A DNA stretch of 64,000 nt from a virus. This document shows, piece by piece, positions 56,291 through 64,000 of this stretch (the first letter of the stretch is position 1; every line of letters begins with the position of its first letter). The stretch is from positions 2,723 through 66,722 of the IMG/VR virus record IMGVR_UViG_3300036401_000102; one strand, 5' to 3'. Position numbers and translations under genes: made by a program. The notes under the pieces were generated by a model that was not told where the DNA came from, did no database searches, and was given only the letters and a program-made list of their open reading frames with translations.

Positions 56291-57298
56291 ATGCCGCAAC
56301 CCACCGTAGCAGACGTCCACGTAGCAGCAGCACTCACCAATATCGCCGTTGCGTACCTGCAGGACGAGTCGGCATACGTCGCCGACAAGGTCTTCCCGCT
56401 GGTCCCCGTGCAGCATCAGACCGACGTGTACTTCGTCTGGTCGAAAGCGGACTTCTTCCGCGACGAGGCGCAGTTGCGCGCCGACGCGACGGAGTCGGCC
56501 GGCACGGGCGTCAACCTGACCACGCAGACCTATTCCGCGAAGGTGTGGGCGCTGCACCAGGACATCGGCACGCAGATCCGCGCCAACGCGGACCCGAGCG
56601 TGGACATCGACGTGGCGAGCACGCGCCAGTTGATGCAGAAGCTGCTGATTCGCCGCGACCGCATCTTCATGGCGACCTACCTCACGACCGGTGTGTGGGG
56701 CACCTCGGCGACCGGGACCACGGCTGCGCTCGGCGGCATTCCTGGCACCACGAACACGGTGCAGTGGGACGACGACGCGAACTCCGATCCGTTCACCGAC
56801 ATCTACTTCGCGCAGACCACGATCCTGCAGAACACCGGCTATATGCCGAACACGCTTCTGATCTCGTGGAACGTGTTCCAGGCGCTGCGCAAGCACCCGC
56901 TCGTGGTCGACCGCATCAAGTACACGACCCCGACGTTCACGGGCACGATCAACGAGGCGCTGCTGGCCCAGGCGTTCGGTGTCGACCGCGTCGTGGTGTC
57001 CAAGGCGGTCTATAATTCGGCGGCGGAAGGCGCGACCGCGTCCATGTCGTTCGTCGCGGGCCTCTCCGCGCTGCTCTGCTACTCGGCGCCGAGCGCCGGC
57101 ATCATGAACCCGAGCGCGGGCTACACGTTCGGCTGGTCCAACTTCACCGGCATGAACAGCCTCGGCGTTCGCACGGTGCAGGTCCCGATGAACTGGCTCG
57201 GCGTCGGCACGATCCGCAACGAATGCGAGATGGCATTTGACATGCAGCGGGTTTCGACCGACCTCGGGTTCTTCTGGGGCACGATCACCTCGGCGTAA
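56291..57298 (+). CDS. Major capsid protein
   Basis: HV...LTNI.VAY.Q....YVADKVFP.VPV, PN.L....V..AL.KHP and PSAGYTF.W; strong ACAGGAGG SD. Confidence 0.9.
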   Translation: MPQPTVADVHVAAALTNIAVAYLQDESAYVADKVFPLVPVQHQTDVYFVWSKADFFRDEAQLRADATESAGTGVNLTTQTYSAKVWALHQDIGTQIRANADPSVDIDVASTRQLMQKLLIRRDRIFMATYLTTGVWGTSATGTTAALGGIPGTTNTVQWDDDANSDPFTDIYFAQTTILQNTGYMPNTLLISWNVFQALRKHPLVVDRIKYTTPTFTGTINEALLAQAFGVDRVVVSKAVYNSAAEGATASMSFVAGLSALLCYSAPSAGIMNPSAGYTFGWSNFTGMNSLGVRTVQVPMNWLGVGTIRNECEMAFDMQRVSTDLGFFWGTITSA

Positions 57299-57342
57299 TC
57301 GTAGGGCGTTGCCATAACGGCAATACCCCGAGAGGAAATGAC

Positions 57343-57735
57343 ATGATTGGCTCGTTTCGAGATCAGGACGTCGGCGGCGCGGTCGTCAAGCGCATGTTCA
57401 CGGGCTATCGGGCCGGCGAGGTGTTGGACCGCGCCACGGTGCTCGCGATCCGGGGTGCGAACCGGGCCGCGCTGATCAATCAGGGCAAGATCGTGGTTTT
57501 CCCGCTCGGCAACGCTGTGGTCATGGCCGATGTCACGGTCACGGAGCAGGCGCCCGAGATCGAACACGCGCAGCGCCACGTCGTCTCGCGTGGGTTCGGC
57601 AAGTACGACGTCATCGCCGGGACCATCCTCAATGCCGAGCCGCTCGACAAGGATTCCGCGCTCGCGCTGGCGGGTACGGCGCCCGAGGCAGAACCGGCCC
57701 CGAAGGCGAAAGGCAAGCGCAAAGCCAAGCACTGA
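57343..57735 (+). CDS. Hypothetical virion-associated protein
   Basis: ORF after the major capsid gene with SD. Confidence 0.65.
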   Translation: MIGSFRDQDVGGAVVKRMFTGYRAGEVLDRATVLAIRGANRAALINQGKIVVFPLGNAVVMADVTVTEQAPEIEHAQRHVVSRGFGKYDVIAGTILNAEPLDKDSALALAGTAPEAEPAPKAKGKRKAKH

Positions 57736-57787
57736 CGGGCTTCGGCCCGCTCCTATAATCGAAAAACAAATGACCTAGGAGAAGACC

Positions 57788-58255
57788 ATGGCGTCCGGAT
57801 TTCAGCAGCGCTACCAGGGCAAGATTTCCGCCAACACGATCTATGCAGGCGGTCTCTCCGCGACCAAGGGCGGCATATACGTCCGCTATACCGGTGGACA
57901 AATCTCGCCTCGCGACCTCCAGAGCCTCGTGAACCGCAGCGGCACCAGCACGGACCCGATCGACGGGACCGGCTCGACCATGCCGAACAGCGGCGTCACC
58001 GCGCTCTCATCCTCATCCGGAACGCGCGTCCTCGCTGCACCGATTCCCGGCGCCGAAAAGACGTTCTACATGGACGCGGCTGGGTCTTCGGCGCTGCGTC
58101 GCATCTACACCGGGTCGAGCCTGACCACGTTCGACGGCACCAATACGGTCTTCACGTCGAGCCTTTCAGGTGTGTTCCAAGTGCTCGGGCTGACCACGGC
58201 GCGCTGGCTCATCGAGACGAACACCGGTACCGGCACGCTCGGCACCACGACCTGA
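57788..58255 (+). CDS. Ser/Thr/Gly-rich head fibre/decoration-like protein
   Basis: Very S/T/G-rich; 'LAAP.PG.EK.F....W' pattern. Confidence 0.6.
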   Translation: MASGFQQRYQGKISANTIYAGGLSATKGGIYVRYTGGQISPRDLQSLVNRSGTSTDPIDGTGSTMPNSGVTALSSSSGTRVLAAPIPGAEKTFYMDAAGSSALRRIYTGSSLTTFDGTNTVFTSSLSGVFQVLGLTTARWLIETNTGTGTLGTTT

Positions 58256-58323
58256 TCTGCGCTAGTGCATTTGGAGCGCTGGCGCTATATCTGGCGCCAG
58301 CCTTTCCATTTTGAGGACGCAGC

Positions 58324-59172
58324 ATGAAGATCGCGCTCATCGGCACCGCCCCGCTCTCCCGCGACATCGCGCCGTACAACGATCCGGAGTGGACGATTTG
58401 GGCGTGCTCCGGTGCCAACGCCGGCAACGCACTGCCCAGGATCGATGCGTTCTTTGAACTGCACGCCCTCGTCGACATGACTGCGCACGAGAACCAAGGC
58501 TCTGCGATGCCGTTCTATGGCTGGCTCCGCACCCAGTCGTTTCCGGTCTACATGCAGGAGAAGAACGCGCTCGTTCCGCAGGCCATCGTGTTCCCGCGCG
58601 ATGAGATGTTGGCCAAGTTCGGACGCAACTGGTTCACGTCGACCGTAGCGTGGATGATGGCGTTCGCGATCAACCAGATGAAGACCGGCGACACGATCGG
58701 GATATTCGGCGTCGACATGGCGGCGAACATGGAACACTACACCGCGCAGCGCGCCGGGTGTCAGCGTTTCATCGAGATCGCCGAGGAACGCGGTATCAAG
58801 ATCGTGGTGCCGTACGAGTCCTGTCTCGCCGCACCGACGCCGCTCTACGGCTATAGCGAGGCGACACGGCTCGGGCGCAGGCTCAACGCCACACTCAACC
58901 AGTTGCAGCGGCATCGTGGCGATATGATCGCGCGGCGCGATAAGATGTCTGAGGAAATCGCCTACTTCGCTGGCGCGATCGAACAGGTCCAGTACATGAT
59001 TCGCACATGGACCGATGGCGCGGACGCGAAGTTCGAAGGCCATGTCGAGACCGAACTGGACAGGATTGAAGCCACGCCATTCCGTGGGACGGTTGATCCG
59101 GACGACTTCGAACAGACCGGCGCGTTGCTTGTGCCGAGGGCCAAGCGCAACGGCCACGCCAAGGAGGCGTAG
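58324..59172 (+). CDS. Putative Maf/DUF115/sialyltransferase-like glycosyltransferase
   Basis: KIALIGTAP.S, IWA, FTSTVAWMMAFA and IGIFGVDM...HY follow the Rossmann-like pattern of CMP-sugar-using Maf/GT29/GT42 enzymes. Confidence 0.55.
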   Translation: MKIALIGTAPLSRDIAPYNDPEWTIWACSGANAGNALPRIDAFFELHALVDMTAHENQGSAMPFYGWLRTQSFPVYMQEKNALVPQAIVFPRDEMLAKFGRNWFTSTVAWMMAFAINQMKTGDTIGIFGVDMAANMEHYTAQRAGCQRFIEIAEERGIKIVVPYESCLAAPTPLYGYSEATRLGRRLNATLNQLQRHRGDMIARRDKMSEEIAYFAGAIEQVQYMIRTWTDGADAKFEGHVETELDRIEATPFRGTVDPDDFEQTGALLVPRAKRNGHAKEA

Positions 59173-59457
59173 ATGGCGGCAGGATCACCCATTCCGACGA
59201 CGGCGCAGATCGCCCTGTCGAGCACGCCCGGGCTGATCGCGGCGGCGAACATCAACCGCAAGCGGATATCTGTCGTCGGCATGACGGCGGCCGTGGATTT
59301 CTACATCGGCGCGTCGAGCACGATGACGAGCACGACCGGCTTTCCCGTGCTGGCGCGCACGTCCTACGACATCAACGCCGGAGCGCTCACGACCGGTCCG
59401 ATTTACGGCTGCTGCACGGCCGGCGCCACGGCGACGGTGGGGACGATCGGGTACTGA
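59173..59457 (+). CDS. Small Thr/Ala/Gly-rich structural protein
   Basis: AAN..RK.I......YIG......TGFP pattern. Confidence 0.6.
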   Translation: MAAGSPIPTTAQIALSSTPGLIAAANINRKRISVVGMTAAVDFYIGASSTMTSTTGFPVLARTSYDINAGALTTGPIYGCCTAGATATVGTIGY

Positions 59458-59460
59458 GGC

Positions 59461-59964
59461 ATGGTCGGATCAACCGCATGGACCTATGACAACACGCTGC
59501 TGTCGACCTCGACGGCGAACGCGGATGTCATGGCGGTGCGGCTGATGATCGGAGACCGCGCGCCGGGCGCGCAGAAGCTCTACGATGCGGAAATCCTCTA
59601 CAACGTACAGAGCTTCGCCAACCTGTACCTTGCCGCTGCGGAGTGCTGCCGCAATATCTCTCTGACCTACGCGATACAGGTCGACCAAGTCCAAGGCGAG
59701 CTAAAGACGAATTACAGCAACATCACGAAAGTCTATGCCGATCGCGCCGTGATGCTGGAGTCGCGCGGCATGGCGCGCGGCGGGGCGATGCCCTATGCGG
59801 GCGGCATCTCGCAGCAGGACAAGACGAACTTTGTGCAGAACTTGGACCGCGTCACGCCGCAGTATAACCTTGGCATGATGGACAATTTGAGTGATCCGGT
59901 GCAGCCGGTTGGCCAAGAGACGCCCGGTAATCCTGCGCCAGGCGGCGGCGGGCAGAACGTATGA
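59461..59964 (+). CDS. Head-tail adaptor
   Basis: WTY, AVRL.IGD......L.D.EI, LAAAECC and PYAGGIS..DK. Confidence 0.8.
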   Translation: MVGSTAWTYDNTLLSTSTANADVMAVRLMIGDRAPGAQKLYDAEILYNVQSFANLYLAAAECCRNISLTYAIQVDQVQGELKTNYSNITKVYADRAVMLESRGMARGGAMPYAGGISQQDKTNFVQNLDRVTPQYNLGMMDNLSDPVQPVGQETPGNPAPGGGGQNV

Positions 59965-60734
59965 AAAAGTGCAAGCAGTGCGGCGAAACTAAACCTCTGA
60001 CTGATTTTTCGAAACGGCCGGATAAGCCGGACGGATTTCATTGGCATTGCAAGGGTTGCAACAATGCGTGGCAATCACAGAGACGCCGCATTCGCAAGCC
60101 GCACATTGCTGAGCGCGAAGCACTATTCGCATGCGCTGCGGGGATGAAGCGCTGTACGCAATGTCTTGAGGTCAAGGCAGTAGATAAGTTTTCAAAAAAG
60201 GAAGACGGCCGTAACAATCTGCATGCACACTGCGGTGAATGCGACACGAAAAAGAAACAGGCTTACCACAAGCGAACTTATCACCTCAGAAAAACTGAGG
60301 CGAACAAGGCCACACGTGCGCGGTGGCGCGACCAGGCGCGGTTAACTCCCCGGCACGCCCTTATTCTGGCAATTCGTAGTGGTCTACGACGTCGTCCCAC
60401 GAATAATCCCGTCACCATTGATCAACTGATGCAGATATTCAAGGATCAGGACGGTCGCTGCGCCCTATCTGGCATTCGGATGGAATGGAGCGCTGGCAAA
60501 AGCAACGGGATGCCTCAGCCAAGGAGTATGGCGCTAGATCGCATCGACTCTGACGGGGGCTATGAATTCGGAAACGTTCGTTTGCTCTGTTTCTGCGTCA
60601 ATAATTTCCGGGGCAAGATGAGCGATGATGAGACACGAGAAATGCTTCGACTGTTCTTCGAACATCAGTTCGAACAGGGTCCATCATTTATGCCGACGTG
60701 GGCTGCCGGGCTTCGGGAGCCGATGTATCAATGA
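59961..60734 (+). CDS. Free-standing homing endonuclease (two Zn fingers plus His-Me nuclease)
   Basis: C..C.E.K....F.....C..C twice; Q.GRCALSG and LDRIDS..GY..GNV.L.C..VN; lower GC. Confidence 0.8.
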   Translation: MKKCKQCGETKPLTDFSKRPDKPDGFHWHCKGCNNAWQSQRRRIRKPHIAEREALFACAAGMKRCTQCLEVKAVDKFSKKEDGRNNLHAHCGECDTKKKQAYHKRTYHLRKTEANKATRARWRDQARLTPRHALILAIRSGLRRRPTNNPVTIDQLMQIFKDQDGRCALSGIRMEWSAGKSNGMPQPRSMALDRIDSDGGYEFGNVRLLCFCVNNFRGKMSDDETREMLRLFFEHQFEQGPSFMPTWAAGLREPMYQ

Positions 60735-61213
60735 TCCCGTCAATTACCATAGATAGTCGAGAAGCGCTCGCCCGCTTTGCCCCGACTGGCATCCCCGAGG
60801 CCGTCCGCAATCAGCTTCGCCGCACCCTGCCCGATCTGACCAAGCGGCTCGGCGGTGTGGTCGACGCCAACCTGTCGCGCGGTCTCAAGAGCCGCAACCG
60901 GATCGAGACCAAGAAGGAAATGGTCGAGAACCCGTCCATGATCATCGGGCGGGTGCGCGTGGTGTGGACCGGAGACAAGTCCAAGGCCATGGTGCCGTTC
61001 TGGCTCGACCAAGGGACCAAGCCGCATCCGATCGTGGCGAAGAACAAGTCCAATCTGTATTTCTACTGGGAGAAGATCGGGGCGTTCTTCATCGGGCCGA
61101 AGGTGATGCACCCAGGGTTCGCCGGGCTCCAGTACATGCAGGCTGCGCTATTGCAGATGGAGCCTGAGATCGTCGACACGATTTCCAGCGCGGCCAAGCA
61201 GGCGTCCAAATGA
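60731..61213 (+). CDS. Neck protein (HK97 gp10-like)
   Basis: GTKPH.I..K....L.F......F...V.HPG motif. Confidence 0.75.
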   Translation: MIPSITIDSREALARFAPTGIPEAVRNQLRRTLPDLTKRLGGVVDANLSRGLKSRNRIETKKEMVENPSMIIGRVRVVWTGDKSKAMVPFWLDQGTKPHPIVAKNKSNLYFYWEKIGAFFIGPKVMHPGFAGLQYMQAALLQMEPEIVDTISSAAKQASK

Positions 61214-61740
61214 GCGCCTACCGCGAAAACGTCATGAACGCCTTGCTGGCGCTGCTCCAGAGCCGCTGTGGCGCGACGTTCCAGACCTATAGCCGAAGGT
61301 TCGTGACGTGGGAGCGGCTCATCCAGGCCCTCACAAACGGCACCGTAGTGCCTCCCATGCCAGCCCTATACCTCTACGACGGCATGGGGCTCGGCGGCGG
61401 GCTCGATCACTGGGATCCGCGCGGGCGCGCGAGCCCGGCCGTGGTGACGCTGCATCGCACCGTCGTGATCTATGCCACGCTCCCGAACGGTGACTCGGCC
61501 CAAGGCCAAGACGGAGCGACGCCCGGCGGGTCGGTCTTCCATCCACTGATCGAGAGCGTGGAGTCGGCGCTCGACTACCACGACAGCACGCAGCAGAACA
61601 CGCTCACGCTCGGCGGGCTCGTCTCGCATTGCTGGCTCGAAGGCGACGGAATGATGATGACCGGCGAACTGGACGACATTCGCGGACAGGGCATGCTGAC
61701 GATGCCGATCAAGATCATGCTTTATCCCACCTCGCAATAG
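61210..61740 (+). CDS. Tail terminator/completion protein
   Basis: RE....AL...L, PALY, TLGGLV.HC..EG; directly before the tail tube gene. Confidence 0.8.
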   Translation: MSAYRENVMNALLALLQSRCGATFQTYSRRFVTWERLIQALTNGTVVPPMPALYLYDGMGLGGGLDHWDPRGRASPAVVTLHRTVVIYATLPNGDSAQGQDGATPGGSVFHPLIESVESALDYHDSTQQNTLTLGGLVSHCWLEGDGMMMTGELDDIRGQGMLTMPIKIMLYPTSQ

Positions 61741-61789
61741 GGCTATGTTCCCATCGCTCCGGGGACCGGAGCCAGCTTAGGAGACTTCC

Positions 61790-62569
61790 ATGGCTTTCGC
61801 AGCATTCGGCCCCGGCATCCTGATCGCCACCCGCACCGACCTCACGACACCGGTTGCGATCAACGTCGGTTTCGTTCAGGAATTCAGCCTTGATCTGGCC
61901 GGCAATACCAAAGAGCTTTACGGCCAGAACCAGTATCCGCTCGTCGCGGCCCGCTCCACGATCAAGGCGACCGGCAAGTTCAAGAACGCTGAGATCAGCG
62001 GGCTGGCATGGAACAATGCGTTCTTCGGCCAGCCGACGCCGAGCCCGAACGGGTTCACCTCCGGCGGCCTCACGTGGAACATCGACTCCACGTATTCGAT
62101 CGGGTCGACCACGGCGCTCACGACGACGGTGCTCAACTCATCGCTGTTCGACGCGGACCTTGGCGTTTTCTACTCGACCAAGAATCTCCCGATGCAGCGC
62201 GTCGCGGCCGGCGCCGAGGCGGCGGGAAAATACAGCGTGTCGGCGGTCGGCGTTTACACGTTCAATGCGTCCGACACGCTGCTGCAGATCAAGATCACCT
62301 ACACCACCACGAATTCGGCCGCGACGGCTCAATCGCTGATCATCACGAACCAGCCGATCGGGTTCACGCCGACGTTCCAGCTTGATTACTACACGTCGCT
62401 GAACCAGCCGGCCGCCAAGCCGTTCGCGATCCGCGTCTATTCCTGCATCGCGTCGAAGCTCGGTCTGGCGTTCAAGCTCGAAGACTTCATGATGCCCGAG
62501 TTCGAGTTCTCGTTTTTCGCCAACTCCAGCAACCAGATCATGGACATGATCCTTCCGGATATCTCGTAA
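61790..62569 (+). CDS. Major tail tube protein
   Basis: FG.G, G..QE.S.D.....KELYGQ.QYP..AR, G.YSV...G.YTF..D and K.EDF..PE. Confidence 0.85.
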   Translation: MAFAAFGPGILIATRTDLTTPVAINVGFVQEFSLDLAGNTKELYGQNQYPLVAARSTIKATGKFKNAEISGLAWNNAFFGQPTPSPNGFTSGGLTWNIDSTYSIGSTTALTTTVLNSSLFDADLGVFYSTKNLPMQRVAAGAEAAGKYSVSAVGVYTFNASDTLLQIKITYTTTNSAATAQSLIITNQPIGFTPTFQLDYYTSLNQPAAKPFAIRVYSCIASKLGLAFKLEDFMMPEFEFSFFANSSNQIMDMILPDIS

Positions 62570-62889
62570 TGGCCCGCCACACCGACGTAGTTCTTGACGG
62601 CACGACGTACCGCGTCCCCACGCTGACCAATGACCAGCTTGAGCGCGTCATGGACGCGATGACGGACGAGAAGATGGCGGCGCACAAGCGCGCGTTCGTG
62701 GTTCTTCCGATCATGCTGGAGGACGCAACGCCGACCATTCCCCGCACAGAGGACGGCAAGCTGAAATTCCGCCTCTCGTCCGACGAGATGGGCGCCGCGA
62801 TCAAGGCCATCATGGAAGCGACGGGGGTTCAGACTTCGGCCGCAAACCCTCCCGCGCTGGCGGTAGTGCCCCGGACCGCCGCCGAGTAA
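62569..62889 (+). CDS. Tail assembly chaperone (G-like)
   Basis: Small ORF between the tail tube and tape measure genes. Confidence 0.75.
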   Translation: MARHTDVVLDGTTYRVPTLTNDQLERVMDAMTDEKMAAHKRAFVVLPIMLEDATPTIPRTEDGKLKFRLSSDEMGAAIKAIMEATGVQTSAANPPALAVVPRTAAE

Positions 62890-63158
62890 ACGCGGCATTC
62901 TGGGATAACGTCTACGGCCGGCTCGCCACGGAATGCGGCTACACTCCTGACCAGATCAGGGCCATGGCGTTCATGGACACGATGCGGATATTCCGGCATT
63001 GGGAGAAATACCCGCCGATGCGCGCCTTCGTCGCTGCGTTCTGCGGGTTCAAACCGGAAGACATCGCCACCGACACATCCAAGCATTTGACCCGCGAGGA
63101 ATTCGCGCGCCTGATGGCGCAGACCGGCGGACGACTGGACGGAATGGGCCATGGTTGA
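62844..63158 (+). CDS. Tail assembly chaperone -1 frameshift extension (GT-like)
   Basis: Slippery A-AAC-CCT at 62844-62850; the -1 frame is open through WDNVYGRLATECGYT...WEKYPP to 63158. Confidence 0.65.
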   Translation, partial: KPSRAGGSAPDRRRVNAAFWDNVYGRLATECGYTPDQIRAMAFMDTMRIFRHWEKYPPMRAFVAAFCGFKPEDIATDTSKHLTREEFARLMAQTGGRLDGMGHG

Positions 63159-64000
63159 CGTCACCGTTGAAATTGGCGCGAAGGTCGACAAGCTTCTTGA
63201 AGGCGTCGAAACCGCCAAACACGCCCTTGAAACCATCAAGGAGTCGACCGAAGGCATCACCGAGTCGGCCAAGCATCTCGCCGAAGCGATCGGTATTGCG
63301 TTCTCGGTTGAGAAGCTTGTCGAGTTTATCGACCGCATGGCCGAACTCGGATTGCACACCGAACGCACCATGGCGCTGCTCGGCGCATCCGCCGAACAGG
63401 TCGGCTCGCTGAGCGGTGTGGCGAAACTGACCGGAACTTCGGTCGATGGGCTGGTATCGTCATTCGAGCGAATGACGCTTGGCATTCAGCGGTCGACCCG
63501 TGACGCATTCAGCCCGCAGACCGAGGCATTGCGCGTGCTCGGACTACAGGCGAGAGATTTGATTGGTCTGCCCGCCGATCAATATTTCCTCAAGCTCGCC
63601 GATGCCGTTTCGAAATTCAATCCGAGCATAAACCTGAGCAATGCGCTGATGGAGGTGGGCGGGCGCGGCGTTCTGCAATTGCTCCCGACGCTGCTCAAGG
63701 GTGCCGAAGGGTTCAAGGAGCTTGAGGCGCAAGTGAAGGCGACGGGTGCGGAGATGAGCGGTGCGCAGGCGGTATCGTATGCGCAACTGCATGAGAAGCT
63801 GACGCTGCTCGGCATGTCCGTTCAAGGTCTCGGGCTTCGCCTACTCGACTACTTCACGCCTGCGATCAAATCGGCGGCGGACGCTGTGCGTGGCTTCGTG
63901 CAGTCGATCGATGCGGCGCGGATAAACAATGCGCTCCAAGTCGTAACCGACAAGCTCAGTCTGTTCGCGATCGGGTTTGTTCAGGTCTTCGAGAAAATCT
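63151..64000 (+). CDS. Tape measure protein, N-terminal part (runs off window)
   Basis: Open frame from MVDVTVEIGAKVDKL; Ala/Leu-rich helical sequence; position after chaperones. Confidence 0.85.
   Translation, partial: MVDVTVEIGAKVDKLLEGVETAKHALETIKESTEGITESAKHLAEAIGIAFSVEKLVEFIDRMAELGLHTERTMALLGASAEQVGSLSGVAKLTGTSVDGLVSSFERMTLGIQRSTRDAFSPQTEALRVLGLQARDLIGLPADQYFLKLADAVSKFNPSINLSNALMEVGGRGVLQLLPTLLKGAEGFKELEAQVKATGAEMSGAQAVSYAQLHEKLTLLGMSVQGLGLRLLDYFTPAIKSAADAVRGFVQSIDAARINNALQVVTDKLSLFAIGFVQVFEKI

Noticed and set aside
54845-56896. Long antisense ORFs (e.g. 54845-55732, 55808-56896; also 19387-20505, 44236-45210)
   Set aside because: Shadow frames of GC-rich genes with strong codon bias; no motifs or SD
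1-64000. CRISPR array, tRNA or rRNA genes
   Set aside because: No regularly spaced repeats or cloverleaf with a T-loop seen by eye; the 13-nt motif is dispersed and tied to start codons. A tRNAscan run would be needed to exclude tRNAs fully.
1-64000. Integrase, CI repressor or att site
   Set aside because: No tyrosine or serine recombinase motifs and no CI-like HTH-peptidase recognised; lifestyle left undetermined

Overview
Near-complete genome of a GC-rich tailed dsDNA phage (siphovirus-type, GTA-like tail tip) that most likely infects an alphaproteobacterium, judged from its GcrA homologue and DUF2460/DUF2163/NlpC-P60 tail tip. The window starts inside the tail-tip module and ends inside the tape measure gene, so the genome appears circularly permuted with only a few kb missing (inference). 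Gene order: tail tip and fibres (1-12.1 kb, interrupted by a minus-strand accessory cassette carrying NADAR); lysis (12.1-15.3 kb); a leftward early arm with DNA methyltransferases, RecE/RecT and a Toprim protein (15.3-23.6 kb); a rightward arm with GcrA, RuvC-like resolvase, methyltransferase, DnaB, PAPS-reductase-like protein, DUF1376, DnaJ-like and ParB-like genes (23.8-33 kb); a nonulosonic (legionaminic-type) acid biosynthesis cluster (34-42.5 kb); packaging, head, neck and tail genes (43.4-64 kb). I recognised no integrase, CI repressor, DNA polymerase, tRNA or CRISPR array. Four observations stand out. (1) A candidate two-hairpin small RNA at about 31.7 kb whose loop is antisense to a 13-nt extended ribosome-binding motif found before 12 phage genes, with internal substitutions limited to G-U-wobble-compatible changes. 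(2) A NeuB/NeuA/NeuC/LegC pathway plus a Maf/sialyltransferase-like gene in the capsid operon, suggesting virion glycosylation. (3) Four consecutive tail-fibre-region genes with Sec/Tat signal peptides. (4) A cytosine methyltransferase whose motif IX lies in a nested alternative reading frame. All family assignments come from motif recognition by eye, not database searches.
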